Shown: positions 24,170-37,530, numbered from the stretch's first letter. The stretch: 64,000 nt of DNA from Psammoneis japonica (GCA_008632985.1 QPGO01000021.1:372001-436000), one strand, 5' to 3'. Numbers and translations: made by a program. Notes: generated from the sequence alone by a model not told the origin.

Positions 24170-26500
24170 ATTCCTTTGCTTTGAAAGCAACAAAAAGTTG
24201 TGCATTGCTGGAACATGCCAATGCTTGGCACAGACAGGCAGAGCTCTTGCTCCACTTTGGCAAGAAGGCACTGACTGCACCGCAAGTTGTGCCATGCAAA
24301 GCAGAGCACAGCACTGCCCAAGATTGGCTGCAGCCTCCCACTTTGTTTTTCTGTGCTGCAATCTGAGCAAGTGCAAGCAGGACATTGTCCCGCACGTGAG
24401 TCAGGCAATGTCCCAGCTGCCTCCAGGGTGCAAAACAGAGCTGGAGTGAGTTGATGTGCTGTTGTGCTTGAGGGTTTGGCCAGGCTGGCTGTGGGGGTGT
24501 GATGCTGAGCAAGGCAACCCAAGTCAATTGCTGGCTGCTTGGCATGGAATCATCCTTCTGGTTGGCCAGCCTGTCAAGAGACTGTTGCTGGAGCAAAAAT
24601 GACTTTTTGAGCTGTTGGAAGACTCGCCATCAAATGTTGAACAAAATGTTGCACAATTTGACTTGTCATTGGATGGTGTGACGTTCAAGACATGAGGCCA
24701 ATTTTTGCAAAATTTGAGAGATTTTGAGTGAAGTGCACAGCTCTCCAAACAAGTGCCCAGCTCTGTCAAGCATGCCATGACAGATGACACCACTTTTTGG
24801 TGGTGCATCTGGGCTGTTCTTGGCTGCTTGAAATTCATGCTGGCACCTCTGGACATTGACTTGGAGCATTGACATTGCAGGCAAACCAGCCTGCTGTTGC
24901 ACTGTGTGGCAGAAACAACAGGAATCATTTGAAAATGTTGCAAAAGCCATCATTGACATTTCACACAAAAGGCAAAATGCCAAATCATGCAGAAATGCAC
25001 ACACAATGTCATGCAAGAAGGTGAGCAGAGCTGCTGGCTTTGCAAGAAATCAATTGAGGTGTCATCTGATCAAAGGCATTGTTGACATTCAAGTGCCAAT
25101 GGGTGGACAGACTGACAACAATCATTTCTGGTGCTCTTCTGCACAATGACTCTGAGAGCCACAATGACTCCTGTTGTGTGATGGCATTCAATTAAACCTC
25201 ACACAATGACAGAGAGAGAATTGTTTGCTGTCATGGCAGCTCTAAAAAGTTTGGGAACAATGCTCTCCTTGGTTGTCTCACGCAATTGCACACACTGTGC
25301 ACATGCAAAAAAAAGGTGGCCCTCAACAGCATTGTGTCAAGGATCACCACAATTTGGCGGCTGATGTCTTGAGTTGCCAGCCTCTGTGTGATGCCTTCAC
25401 AACAGCAGAAGCCATCAACACTTGCACCATGAAATTCAAAACAAAACAGGACAAGAGCCTGCTGCAAAAAGCTTCAATGTTGCTCTCACAGGCATTCCAC
25501 GCATGGCAAAACACAATGGACAGCATCTTTGCAACAGCAATGAAGTCATTGTCCCAGAGTTGTTGCAGGAGCCTCTGGTGACTGGGTGGTGCCACACTTC
25601 CCCGCATCATCCTTGCAGGACAAAAAACCAGAAACGTTCATTGCCTGGCACTTCACAGTCACCAGCAGGAGCCAGTGTGAAAGCTGCAGCAGAAGATGCA
25701 TGCATCAAGAGCAGTGGCAAATGCCAGAAAAAAATGTTGTGTGATCAAAAATGGGAAGTTTCCAAAAAAGGTGGCAGAGATGATCCCTCAGGCTCCTGTG
25801 CAAAAGGAGGGCCCTGCAAAATTCTTGTCTAAAAAAGAAAGCAAACACTCACGCTGCAGGTGGTTGCGACAATTGACCCTGCAACTGGGTGGTTTGAGAC
25901 AGCAGAGAAGTGTTCACCAAACATGCAAACACAACAGCAAACATCATTGCACCAGAACAAACACCATTGTGCAGATGTGCATGACTCAAAAGGTTGCACT
26001 CAACAGAGGTGTCACACAACCTTGTGGCTGGCTTCAGCCAAATGATCCAAAATGACTCAATGGATGACTTCAGAAGAAGCCCACAACAACAAGCAAAATA
26101 AAACCACACACAAATTGCGATGGTGGATTGAGCACAACAGACAATTGGCAATGTGATGTGTGTGAGTCATTTCCAGTGCAACACATGGAAGCCCAAATCA
26201 ACAAAGTCAATCCTCAGAGCACTGTGCCCTCTCAGTGGCTGCATTTGCCATGCAAGAGCTGCATCGTGCACTCCCATGTGTGCAATTCCTGTGCTGCCTG
26301 CACTTGGCAGAGATGCTGTGCTGAACATGGCACACAATGTCAAATGGGGACAAATCCCAGATGGAATGCACAGGCTCACATGGCCCTGCCAGAACTGCCA
26401 GCACCAACAACAAAGGTGTGTTGGGCACATGAGGTGGTGTGCTGCCAGATGCATGCAACCTGATGATGCAGGTCATGCCTCACAGCAGCAAAACATGCCA
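24170..26500 (+). mobile_element. Degenerate Ty3/Gypsy LTR-retrotransposon pol (RT-RNase H-integrase)
   Basis: RNase H remnant TERELFAVMAALK and DHHNL/AADVLS. Integrase zinc-finger region VIVPELLQEPLVTGWCHTSPHHP, core TIDPATGWFE and GRDAVLNMAHNVKW. The RH-then-IN order is Gypsy-type. Confidence 0.75.
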
Positions 26501-27690
26501 TTGCATCATCAGCAGTTTTGTTCTTGTGGGAGAGCATGCAACACTCACTTTGCTGATGACTGGCAGATGTGCCATGCACCACCACATGCTTGTGTCACAC
26601 CATCTCTCCTGAAAAAAAAATCAAGCAAAACAAATGTGCAACAAACCAAGTGCAGGCTGTTGCCTGCATCAGCTGGCATGAGTGAGCACCATTGCCATCA
26701 CAACTGGGCCAGGATTGTTTGGCCAGCAATTGTCTGAACATTTTTTGGAATGAAGTCAGTGCATGAGATTCCACCCATTGGGTGCCACACATGACCAAAT
26801 GTCATGAACACATGTGACATGGCGCAGCTGCGAGTGGACATCATGGCATGCTGTGATCATTGCCACATGTTCTGCATGCAATGAGGCCCTGGCTCTGACC
26901 AAATGACACCAGCCCACATCACTTGGTGCTGCAAACATCACACACAAAACCCTCACATGCAATGAGTCATTTCATGAAGCTGGTGGCTGTGAGCATGAAT
27001 GTGCATGTGCGCACCTCCACTGCAGCTGTCACATGCAGCTGGCTGCATGGCTCAACTTTTGTCATGAAAGCTGTGGGCCTGCAGCCATGTGGTCTGGTGG
27101 TGACCAAGGCTTCATCCCCCCAGGTGCACACTCCACTGGCCTCCAGAGCAGCGATGTTGTGCTTTTGTTTGGTGCCTGCCACCAACGTCTCCCTTGCCAC
27201 CTCACCAGTGAAAAACTCCATTGTGTCAACTGAAGCCAGCCCTTTCCACCCATTTCCTGTTGTTTGGCCTGTTTGTTTTGTCTTGTTTTGGCATCTTTGA
27301 TGACAACCACTTGCAAAATGGGGGGCTGGGAGGACAGGCCCCAGTCCGGATTTTAGAGAAAAGCTCCTGCACTTCTTCTTTTTTGAATGGCAGCTCAACT
27401 TGCAGCATCCCTGCAAATTTTCACATGGCACAGTGCCGCCTGCCTCTTTGGAGAAGAGCCAGAGTGCATTTGCCACACAGCCCATTTGCCGCAGCACACA
27501 CAGGCATCGTTCTGTGATTGTCAAGCCAGCCAGATGCACGTTGAAGTGCAAGGAGGAGTTGATGGTTTACATTGCACTTGTGCCAGCAAAAAACGTGCAA
27601 AGAGCTGTTGCTCAATCTTGCTTTCACCCAAAAAGAGAGATGTTGCCTGTGTTCGGCCGCCATCACCAGGAATCCGGAGTGTCCAAGCTC
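26500..27690. mobile_element. Unclassified TpA/CpG-depleted repeat block continuing from the Gypsy remnant
   Basis: Same compositional signature; ends abruptly at the CTAG-rich tract at 27690-27714. Confidence 0.4.
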
Positions 27691-28039
27691 TAGCTCTCTA
27701 GTAGAGAGACTAGAGTTGCGTTGGCGGTGAAAGAAGATGACCGATGACTCCGGGGCTTATTTCTTTGCGAAATCGTCACTTTGAAATCGTCACTAATAAT
27801 GCTACAGTACTGTACTGTACTGTACTTTTTTGCTCTAGACATTTCTCAGAGCATAAATAAATACTGTATGTTTCTGGTCACTGGTCATCGTCATCGACTA
27901 GTGTTGATCCTCGGCATTCGGCATCCCTGATCCTGATCCCTTGCTTGGTACGGTTGTTCCCGGTGCGACTACGACTACAGTACCGGTACAAGAAGAGGGT
28001 TACGAATTGAGATGGAAGAGGCTCTCATAAGTCTGTGAA

Positions 28040-31000
28040 ATGACAATCCCATTTCTTTTCTTAGTTGCCTTCGCAGCTGCGGTTCATGCAGGTCCATCCG
28101 GACGGTGTATCTATGCATTCAACGATGAAAGAAGGAATTTCGGTTTCTGTGACATCTTGCTTCTGAACCGTCAAGAGTATGTTACCATAGCATATGATGG
28201 TCCTGCTGGAGTCTACGGCGACATCTGTGTCCCTGGTGGAGGTTCAAGCGAAGCCGTAAAAATTGACAATGGGTTGGTTGTCAATGGCGTCCTACGGGCA
28301 GAGCCGCTTGCGAAACTTCCCAATGACCCTAATCCTCACTTGGTCTTCGATGAAATGATGACGACTGCTGACCTAACCCAAGAGATCGCAGCTGCAGAAA
28401 ATCTGTCTCGCGACCTCGCAAGAAAAGAGTGTGATGACGAGATCAGCACACTCACATCGGGAAACTTCAATGCTGACACGTACCCGGGAAGCGAGGCTGT
28501 GATCTGCGTCAAAGAGGATGCCGAAATAAACACGGACATCAAACTTACCGGCTCAAAAAACATCATCTTCAACATCTATGGAAAAATGGAAGTTTACTCA
28601 AAAGTAGAGGTGGCTGGTCATCTTAAAAGGCGTAACGTGATTTGGAACCTACTAAGTGACGACAACATTGTGAAAATTGATGGTGGCGAGCTTGACGGGA
28701 CAGTCCTGGCACCAGGACTTAAAGTGAGCATTACAAATGGCAGAGTCAATGGCCAGATCATTGCACGTGGGGCGATCGACCTTGATGGCAGCTCAGTTTT
28801 AGACTGTCCCAAGCCACACCCGACTCTTGGTCCAACAAGAAATCCAACAAGACCGCCGAGTCGGCATCCCACGAATCCTCCAACTCCAACTCCATCTAAA
28901 TCCCCGACCAAAGCACCAACACCATCGCCAACCTTGCCCCCAACGCGTTCACCGACGATATATCCATCTGCCCAGCCAACAAAACGCCCCACAATGACGC
29001 CATCCTCTCCTCCAACACCTGTTCCGACCATGAATCCTACGTCAGAGCCAACAAATCGGAAAACAGACGAGCCAACACAGTTTCCGACCGAAGGATCAAC
29101 TCCTGCGCCTACACCACCTCCAACACCTCATCCGACCAATTTACGCACTCGAGAGCCAACCGAATTTCCAACAGTAGCACCAACGATACCACCTTCGGCT
29201 AGACCAACAAAACTTACTATGCCACCGACCGCTGCTCCGACGCATTTACCGACTTCTTCTCCTACTCAAGATCCTACAGAGACCCCAACAAGCCCAATTG
29301 CCACTTCTTCTGCTAAGAAAACGCAAGTGCTCTCTGCTGCTCCAACGCCATCACCTACATCTCTTTACAAGAGTGCACCTACTGATTCTCCGTCAGATCG
29401 ACCAACGAAGACTCCAACGGCAGCGCCGACAGTGTCGCCTACCAAAATGCGTGGTGTTCCTTCCACCAATTCTCCAACGTCAGCCCAATACGATGAAGTT
29501 ATATGTGGAAAGTGTTTTCGCAATGGGTGTTTTAAAGAAGTTAACTCAGCCAACGGGCAGAAATGCTTGAAGTTTGAGTGTGCCACAAGGTAAGTCTGGA
29601 TTTCTTATGTTTTCGAGCCCTAAGGTACCACCGGATGTCATCTCATGCCACAATACATTGCTTCATCGTCAACATTCCGTTAGGTTATCTTGCCCAAGCT
29701 ATCAGTCAATGTCAGACTTTCGAAATACCACGCCCCCACTAAGAACGAGCACGCCATCAGTGAAGCAGACGGCAGCACCAACACCAGCTCCAACCCCCCT
29801 GATACGTGGAACTGGCCTTGCGTGTAGGCAAGACGAGGAGTGTAAGTCAGGCACCTGTCGAAGCGGAGTTTGCATGGCGTCCCCGGATTGCTATCCAGTC
29901 AAGCATGAGTACGGAACACCGTTCGACGAGAATAAAATCAACCTGGTGTTTGTTGGTTCAGCGTTCGACAAGACCGGTCACGACTTCTGGAAGACACAGG
30001 TCTCACAGACGTATGATTACATGAAAGGTTACAACATGTTTGCTGAACAGAATGAGGATTTGAACTTCTTCCGTGTAGATCCGAAACAACTGACTCCGTC
30101 ATTTTGTGCAAGTAGTTGTGCCGGGATTGAACGCTTGCTTTGTTGTGACGAAATGAGAGCTAAGCAGCTGTCGGATAAATGTTTTCCTAGCGGGGCAAAT
30201 CTCCAGACGATTGTTCTTCACAATTCGGAGGTGTATGGCGGTGCGGACTACACCCTTCAGAACTTGGCCACAATGTCCATACATCCGCGTGGCGCAGAAG
30301 TAGCTGTACATGAGCTCGGTCACTCGCTATTTGAATTAACCGACGAGTACTCTTACGGGCCTGGTACGGACCTACATCCCAATTGTGCGCTGACCAGTGA
30401 CTGCTCAAAATGGTCTGACCTCATAGGACGTGAGCTAGACGGCTACAACAAAGTAAAGTGCGAGCCAGGCTGCAGAAACAACAGATTTTACGTGGGCGAG
30501 CACTCGTACATGAGCGCCTTGACCAACGATGTCGGAGCTGTGAACGACCGTTACACCTGCTGCACCTATCTCGCCTTGACGAAGGTAAGTCACCTTATGA
30601 ATCAAAAGAAAAGGAGAGGAACATTGAAAAACGAAGCAAAGCTCAAGCTTTTTGATGTTTTTTTTTTGTGTGTAGAAAATGCCGTCGTACTGCGATGTTT
30701 TCGACTTCGAACCAAATTACTTGGTGAACTTCTGCGAGGGTAACGACTACCAGAAATACGGAAGTTACAACGAGCAACCCAAACTATTTATAAGCACCGG
30801 AAAGGCCTTCAAGGACAAGTCCAAATACTTGTATGTATCAAACCCCTTGTTGGTGGAGGTGCACCTGAATCACAAAAAGGACCGTGCCTTCGTAAAAGGC
30901 ATGCCGGTACCATCCTCACCGGGGTTATACCGAAAGGAATGGGTGATTGGCGATTTCAAGAGACTTTCTCATGCCACGACAGCAGGGCTGTCTTCAGCGG

Positions 31001-31221
31001 TGCTTGTCAAGGTGACGTATGGCCAGGGCTCTCAGCGATTCTACTTTTCCACGAATACTACTGTGGAGGTGCCCTCCCAGGCTTTTGTTGACGTTGATTC
31101 AAATGAGGACAGACCCGGAGAACGAATAGCATTGTCGAGAAAAGCTGGAGTAGTAAATCTCGTCCTCGACACAAAGGGACGATCTTTCAAGAAGATTCAA
31201 GCCAAGTTTGTAAGCGCCTGA
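28040..31221 (+). CDS. Secreted modular protein: beta-solenoid (choice-of-anchor A/ice-binding-like) domain, Pro/Thr mucin-like linker, M64-like zinc metallopeptidase; introns 29590-29683 and 30585-30675
   Basis: Signal peptide, NVIWNL...GTVLAP...VNGQIIA, PTxxPT repeats, INLVFVGSAF and VAVHELGHSLFELTDEY (HExxH). Both gtaagt...ag introns keep the frame. Confidence 0.8.
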
Positions 31222-32619
31222 CCCAATTCTACTTTTACCAGAAAAGTACAACAACTATAACCTGTTACTGGTTGAGATTCTTGTAGTTATGGTCCACTCA
31301 CAGCAACGATGGGAAGCTAAGAGAAGCGATTCCTGCAAAACTTAGTCGACATTCAATCAACCGCAAGGCCTTGCTTTTGTTTCGGGTACACCCGAACGTG
31401 GTTCTCCCAGCCTCTATCGAAGGCAATGGAGTTCTGCTAAGGATGAAAGTTGTCTGCAGCAGGAGGGAGAGAAACGTTAACAATTCATATTCCATCATTT
31501 CCCTGGTCGGAGGGTGTCCCAAACGACCAACCACAGCATATTACGGGCTGGCGCTATAGTCTGAAGGACGTGCAATGATGAAATCAAGGTCATGATACTG
31601 GCATGCACCTCGTGATGGACTTGAAAATGCTGGCAAGATATATTGCTTCGAAGAAGCACAGGTACGGGACGACTCCCCTAAAACTGAAAACTGTGCGAAG
31701 GTGAGTGAATCGAAGGCGGGACGAGCCATCATTTTACAGTAGTGCTCGAAGGTTTATAAAGGTCTGTCGTGCTCGAGAGACTGTTCTGTGTTCTTTCGGT
31801 TTCCCTCCGACTTCAAGCTCGGTTGTTCAACTCTTCGATGCGTTTCTACCGGTGCTTTCTACTTTCTGCTACTTACTCTATGCTCTCTCTCCAGTAGCTA
31901 GAGTAGAGAGAGAGTAGCTAGCTCTACTAGTAGAGGGCCCCACTGCATCTAGAGATAGAGTAGCTGTTGCAGTCCGCACACACACACCGCAGACTCACAA
32001 ATCCTTCCACAACAAGCGCTCGCGGCTTGTCGCTTGGTGCTGCGTCCCTCCTGCAGCAGTTGCATCACCGGGTGTGGCAGCCATTGTTGTTTTACAAAAG
32101 CTTTTCTCCAGAGAAGCTGTTCGTTCTTGAGAGCACTGTGAGTGTCATCCAACACGCTCCAGCCCCGCAAGGGGTGTGCCGCACATGGCAGACTCCCACC
32201 ACAACCAGGTGTCGAGTGTGGAAGTTGAGCTGGCAAAGCTTTGAGTCATGAGTGCCAATTCTCAGCACAAAACACTCACACAACTTGACCCACCATGCTG
32301 TGGTCTATGCTGGGAGTTTGTGGAGGAGAGCTTTTGTGGTGGAGTTTGCATGGGGCCCTTGGTTCAAAGGCAGATTCCACGAAAATTGTGTTCAGCGTGC
32401 GGATGGTCTGGGGTCAGGAGGAAGACATTTTGATCCCAACAGCACGATGGAAGAAACTGCCTTTGGTGGCTAGCATTTTGCAGCATCTTGCTTGAAGATG
32501 TTGTGTTTGGAGCTCAGTGAGCCATTTCCAGGCTTTGGGAGCCAGGAGCTGCTGAAGATGACAAGCTTCATGAGAGTGCTTGTGGCTCTGCCAAGGAGGT
32601 GTTTTTCACAACCAGTGTC

Positions 32620-34745
32620 ACCTTTCATGCAAAATTCACCCATCTGCGCAGTTAAGAAAGACAACAATGCTGCCAACAAAGGGAAAGAGCAAAGAAAAAA
32701 TAAAAATGTGGGGGTGGCCTGCAACATCATGGGCATCGTTTTTTCTTGGTGTCCGTGGAACTGGAAGTGAGGCTGGGAGCTCATTTTTGAAGTCATGTGG
32801 AGGTGACCTTGCTGAGAACAACAGGTGTTTTCTGGTTTGGCAGCTTGCAGCAATGCATGAATCATGAGAGTTTTCTGCACTGTTCTTTGGTGGTGTTTGG
32901 CAACACTGCACCAATCTGACATTTTTTTCTCAAATGTTTGTTGAGAGCAATTTGTGCTGGCTCTGACACTTCCTCTTCCTTTTTGCCAAAGACAGAGAGG
33001 CACCTTTTTCACTTCATCTCTCCCACACATTTTTGCACCTCTTGACTTCCAATGCAAAAAAATTGGCAAGGCAGACTGAATGACTGAGAAAGGTGAAGGA
33101 AAGCTGGTTGCATTGCCTGCTGGTAAAGAGCAACCCTGCTAATTCTGGGAAGGCACTTTCCACCACACTTGGCTTTGTGGAGTCCGGCACAAGGTTTTGC
33201 TTGCTCTCCTCATCCATGCATGCTGCAGACTCCAGAAATTGAAATGTCTGTGAAGTTGTGCACTGACATTTGCACCAGCATTTGCACACATTTCAATGTC
33301 CCAACTGCTGGCAGAACCATCATAACAGCATTGTGGCACTTCCTCCATGTCTGCCCATTGATGCATCAAGAAGCATCTTCTGCTGGCCTGGCAAGCACTG
33401 TGCAGTGGGGGAGTGCATTGAAGTCCCTGGAGCTGCCATTCTTTTGTTGCTGGCACCAACCACAGTTGACCATGATGTTGCTTGTTTTGTTTTTTTGTTG
33501 TTGTCATTCTGCATTTCCACCATGGTGTTCAGGAGTGGAGTTTGGTGCAAGTTTGGAGTTTGCATTTTGTTTGTGTTCTTTTTCAGCAGTGGTTTTGCCA
33601 GGCAGCCCCATTTCTGCCAGGTTGTTTGCTGCCGCTGGTGACAAGGTGCTCCATTTGCCAGCTCAGGACTGGCCTCTTCATCAAAGGCCAATGTTGTCCT
33701 CTGTGCCAGCATTTTGTGAAGGAGAACTTTCATGTCAGAGTTTGCATGGGGCCGCTGCTGGAGGCACCCATGAACTCCATGATTGCAGGCATGCCAGTGG
33801 GCAGCAATCACAAAGCTTTTGATGTCAAGTGTCACCTTGCTGCTGGAGATGCCATGTGTTGGAAGTTCAATGAGCCACAAGCTGCACAGCATTGCTGGGC
33901 TTGTTGGAGGGGGGGGGCAGCCCACTGAAGGTGAGCTTCCTGACAGCATCAGGTGACTCAGCCAAAAGAGTCACATTCACCTGCAATTAAGGAAGATGGC
34001 AATGCTGCCAATGCTGCCAATGAAAACAAAGAAAAGCAAGAAAAAAAAAACAGCTGTGTTCACCAACAAAAAGATGGGTTCACCATTTCACATGTGGTTG
34101 TGAATGACACAAGAAGAAAAGCTGGGAGCCCCTCATTTTGAAGTGATGCATGGGGGGATGACTTCACCACAGCACACAAATCTGAAGAGTGTTCTGTGCT
34201 TTGCTTTTGGTGGTTGGCAACATTGTGGCAATCCAGTGCTTTTCTTGAGTGATCAACTGCACTCCACCACTGCAGCTGATTTTCATCTTTTTTGACAAAT
34301 GCAGAGAGATGCCCTCCTCACTTCTGCCCATTCCCAAGCTTTTGTGTCTTTTGACTTCAGTTGCAGAAAGATTGGCACAAGGAAAATCAAATGATTGAGA
34401 AAAACAGCACCAATGTGGTGCACCAGTCTGGAGAAACAACTCCACTTTTGGAAAGAGGTGGTGTGTTGTCTTTGCCACCCAGCTCTTTGTTTGTTCTTGT
34501 GGTGTCTGGGGGCTCGAGCTTTCGTTCTCGTTGTCTGCAGAAAATGAGATTTTGGGAGAATCATGTGCAGACATTGACACCAGCATTTGCACATTTCAAT
34601 GTCCCACCTGCTGGCAATGGGAATGGTGTGTGTGTGTGTGTGTGGGGCTGTCAACCACAATCCTCCATTGTTGTTTGTTTTGTTGTTCGTTGTTGTCATT
34701 TTATTTCGGCCATGATGGTGTTCGTGGGAGCGGATCTGGCGCAAG
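32620..34745 (+). repeat. Diverged ~0.8-0.9-kb tandem duplication (~32620-33550 vs ~33950-34745) in a TpA-depleted block starting ~31970
   Basis: Collinear matches: caatgctgccaa, gctgggagc...cattttgaagt, ttgacttc...attggca, accagcatttgcac...atttcaatgtccca(a/c)ctgctggca, gttgtcatt...atggtgttc. Confidence 0.7.
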
Positions 34746-34938
34746 AAGGTTGGAGTCGTCCTCCCATTGTTCTCGTCCTCTTTCGCAATGCCGCACGCGT
34801 GTCCAAAAGATCGCGCGTTTCGAAACGTGCATCGCGTTCCTGTTCCTCATTGTCTTGGCCATCTTCAATCTTGCTTGATCTTCATTATCAATCTGGATTA
34901 TCATTCTTTGCCTCTATGCGAAAACACGTTGTTGTGTA

Positions 34939-35724
34939 ATGGTTGGGCTACTTCCACTGTTTTCTATCGTGATGACCATGAGTTCATCATCCAAGGATCC
35001 TTCTTTTGTATGGAAGTCGCAAACAGTGGCCAATGCCTTTACCGACATTCGAGAATCGGTTCCGCTCCACCGACAGCAGCTTGGTTTGATGGTACGAGTG
35101 ATCCGGACATTCCAAGCTGCTCCCAAGCGATTCCTTGATCTCGGTTGTGGTGATGGACCTCTGAGTAGAAAGTTGTTCCGGGAATTTCCTTCGGCTGAAG
35201 GGATTATGGTGGACTTTTCAGAACCAATGTTGGAAAATGCGAGACAGAAACTAGCCGCATCGAGCCTGCAACACCGAGCTACATTGATTCCTGCAGACTT
35301 TTCCACATCAGATTGGAAAACAAAAATAACGCAAGAACGCTATGATGTCGTGGTTTCTGGATTTGCCATTCATCACTTGACAGACAAACGTAAACAAGAA
35401 CTTTACCGAGAAATCTACAATGACTTGCTTTCTCCCGGAGGTGTCTTTTTGAATCTCGAGCACGTGGCGTCGCCGGATCCTGTCGTGGAGCACATTTTTG
35501 ATGGAGCCTTTGTCGATTCCATGTATGACTTTCATCAGGGACAAAAGTCACGAGAGGAGTGTGAAGATGCTGTCCAATACGATTTGAGTGTGGACGACGA
35601 TGCCAATCTTGTGGCGTCAGTCGAAACACAATGCGAGTGGTTGCGAGAGATTGGGTATCAACACGTGGACTGCTACTTTAAATTTTTGATACTTGCCTTG
35701 TTTGGTGGAGTAAAAAAGGCTTAA
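34939..35724 (+). CDS. Class I SAM-dependent methyltransferase (Methyltransf_25/CmoA-like); start may be ~34972-34978
   Basis: Motif I FLDLGCGDG, VDFSEPML, YDVVVSGFAIHHL and LSPGGVFLNLE. No introns. Confidence 0.85.
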   Translation: MVGLLPLFSIVMTMSSSSKDPSFVWKSQTVANAFTDIRESVPLHRQQLGLMVRVIRTFQAAPKRFLDLGCGDGPLSRKLFREFPSAEGIMVDFSEPMLENARQKLAASSLQHRATLIPADFSTSDWKTKITQERYDVVVSGFAIHHLTDKRKQELYREIYNDLLSPGGVFLNLEHVASPDPVVEHIFDGAFVDSMYDFHQGQKSREECEDAVQYDLSVDDDANLVASVETQCEWLREIGYQHVDCYFKFLILALFGGVKKA

Positions 35725-35763
35725 AATATGTAAATTGTTAGCTAGCAAATTGTGTTATGCATT

Positions 35764-37197
35764 TTAAACAGCAAGAGTCGGATCCCATGATTTGTCTACA
35801 ACATCGTTCACCGACCAACCGTCCCTTCTCTCTAGAGATCCTGCTGGGTATTTCACATTCAGGCTATTGAGAAAAGCCATTTCCTTGTCGGTCAACTTGA
35901 ATTTTTGGATGGATGGAAAAGAATTCTCTCGAATGGCGTCTCGCTGGACTTGTTTCTTGCTTCCTGATCGTGGGACACACGAGTAACCGCTCTGGCATGA
36001 CCATCGAACCAGAACTTGTGCCTGCGATTATTCCAGACATGCAGAGCAAGAGAACTGTTTAGGAAAAGTCACATTGCTTACAAGAACAAGTAGGGAGAAA
36101 GTAAAACTAAGAAACGTACCACTGTCATGCCCTTGCTGTCGGCAAGCCCACGGAGCTTTTGCCATCCCTCCGAAGGACCCGATGCTAGAGACGGATACGA
36201 GATAGTAGCGCAAGTAGAGGTTAGATACCAAAAGCCCCTGATATTACTGCGGGAAATAGATCTACTCACGTGAGCTCAACATGGACCATGCTGCACAGGA
36301 CACAACGGAGGAATGTGACTTGGCCCAATCCACCACATCTTGGTGTTGATTGAATGGACTAAGCTCTAATTGCACCACGGCTGGTGGCGGAAGTCCTGCA
36401 TCGACAATTTCATCTGCAATTGAAGTAAAAGAATCACTTGGCGCGTGAGTACGTCGACGACAACAAGTAAAGCACAAACAAATGCACTCGAGAGACATAC
36501 CAAGTGGATGAACGCCATAATTGGCGACACCGACTGACTTGACTACTCCTTCGTGTTGCAATTCTAACAGCGCCTCATAGGTAGATAAACGTCGCTTCTT
36601 ATCCGTCAGCGGTGAATGGACATAGCACAGATCCAAATGCCCCACACCCAATTTTGATAATTCGTTCTTGACCGATTGTTTGACTTGCGATCGATTGGTC
36701 GATTGCTCCTTGTTGGAAACCTTGTGTGCGACAAAGAGTTGGTGTCGTCGTTCTGCCTTGGTCAAGGCTTGCTCTGCTTTATTGCTGGAAGTTCCTTTGT
36801 AAAGATAAGAAGGAAGCACACGTCCGACTTGTTCATTGTTGTTGTACGAGCTGGCCAAATCAAAATGCCGAACGCCGGCTCGAATCGCGAGTTGAACGCA
36901 ATCGGCAGCCTGAAACGCGTCCGTCTTGAAGAGCGAATATCCAACCCGTGGTATCGACAAGGCGTGCACACTTCCGTCCTTTTTACCACGAGATCGAATC
37001 ACCATGTTGGCGACAAGATCGTCGCTTATTTCGGCTTGAGCCGCTGCTCTTGATGGCCACCACAAGCCTGCCGTGCCTGTTGTTGCGATCGCTTGCAGTG
37101 CTTGACGACGACTGTTTTGCGGAGCTAGCGAAAGACACGGAATTGCACTCCAGACGAGCAATAACGATACCACCAATAGTTTCAAGAAGAGAACCAT
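35764..37197 (-). CDS. Aldo/keto reductase with N-terminal signal/transit peptide; multi-exon
   Basis: GVRHFDLASSYNNN, LDLCYVHSP, GVVKSVGVANY and PAVVQLELSPF. Downstream exons end SWDPTLAV* at 35764. Internal exon boundaries are not all resolved. Confidence 0.8.
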
Positions 37198-37530
37198 GAT
37201 GCAACTAACATATAGAGAAGTTGATTGATTCAGTCAGAGCTTCACAAGAATGTCAACAGTTGAGAGCAAAGCGAGCTTTTTCGAAAGTTTCGTCGGCGGT
37301 TGCGACCGCATTTCTTATTACTTCTACGTTCATGAAGCTTTAAATTGAAAATATCAAATCGGTATGATCGTATATGATCATGAATATATAGAATGATCAA
37401 TCTACCAGTACTGGTTCTCACGTAGTTTCTACGGCCGTGAATGATCTCGGCAGCAACGCAGAAAACTCGACTCAAAACCGCGCCGTCTGTTGCCGCTTGC
37501 GTTGCACTGCTATCTACACTTTTGTCAACC

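Noticed and set aside
23120..27690. Classical fungal RIP or simple CpG decay as the explanation for block composition
   Set aside because: RIP increases TpA, and CpG decay does not remove it. The Ngaro element lacks TA while keeping CG.
28810..29480. Repeat array resembling CRISPR or satellite DNA
   Set aside because: It is the coding Pro/Thr (PTxxPT) linker of the secreted protein, with no fixed repeat-spacer structure.
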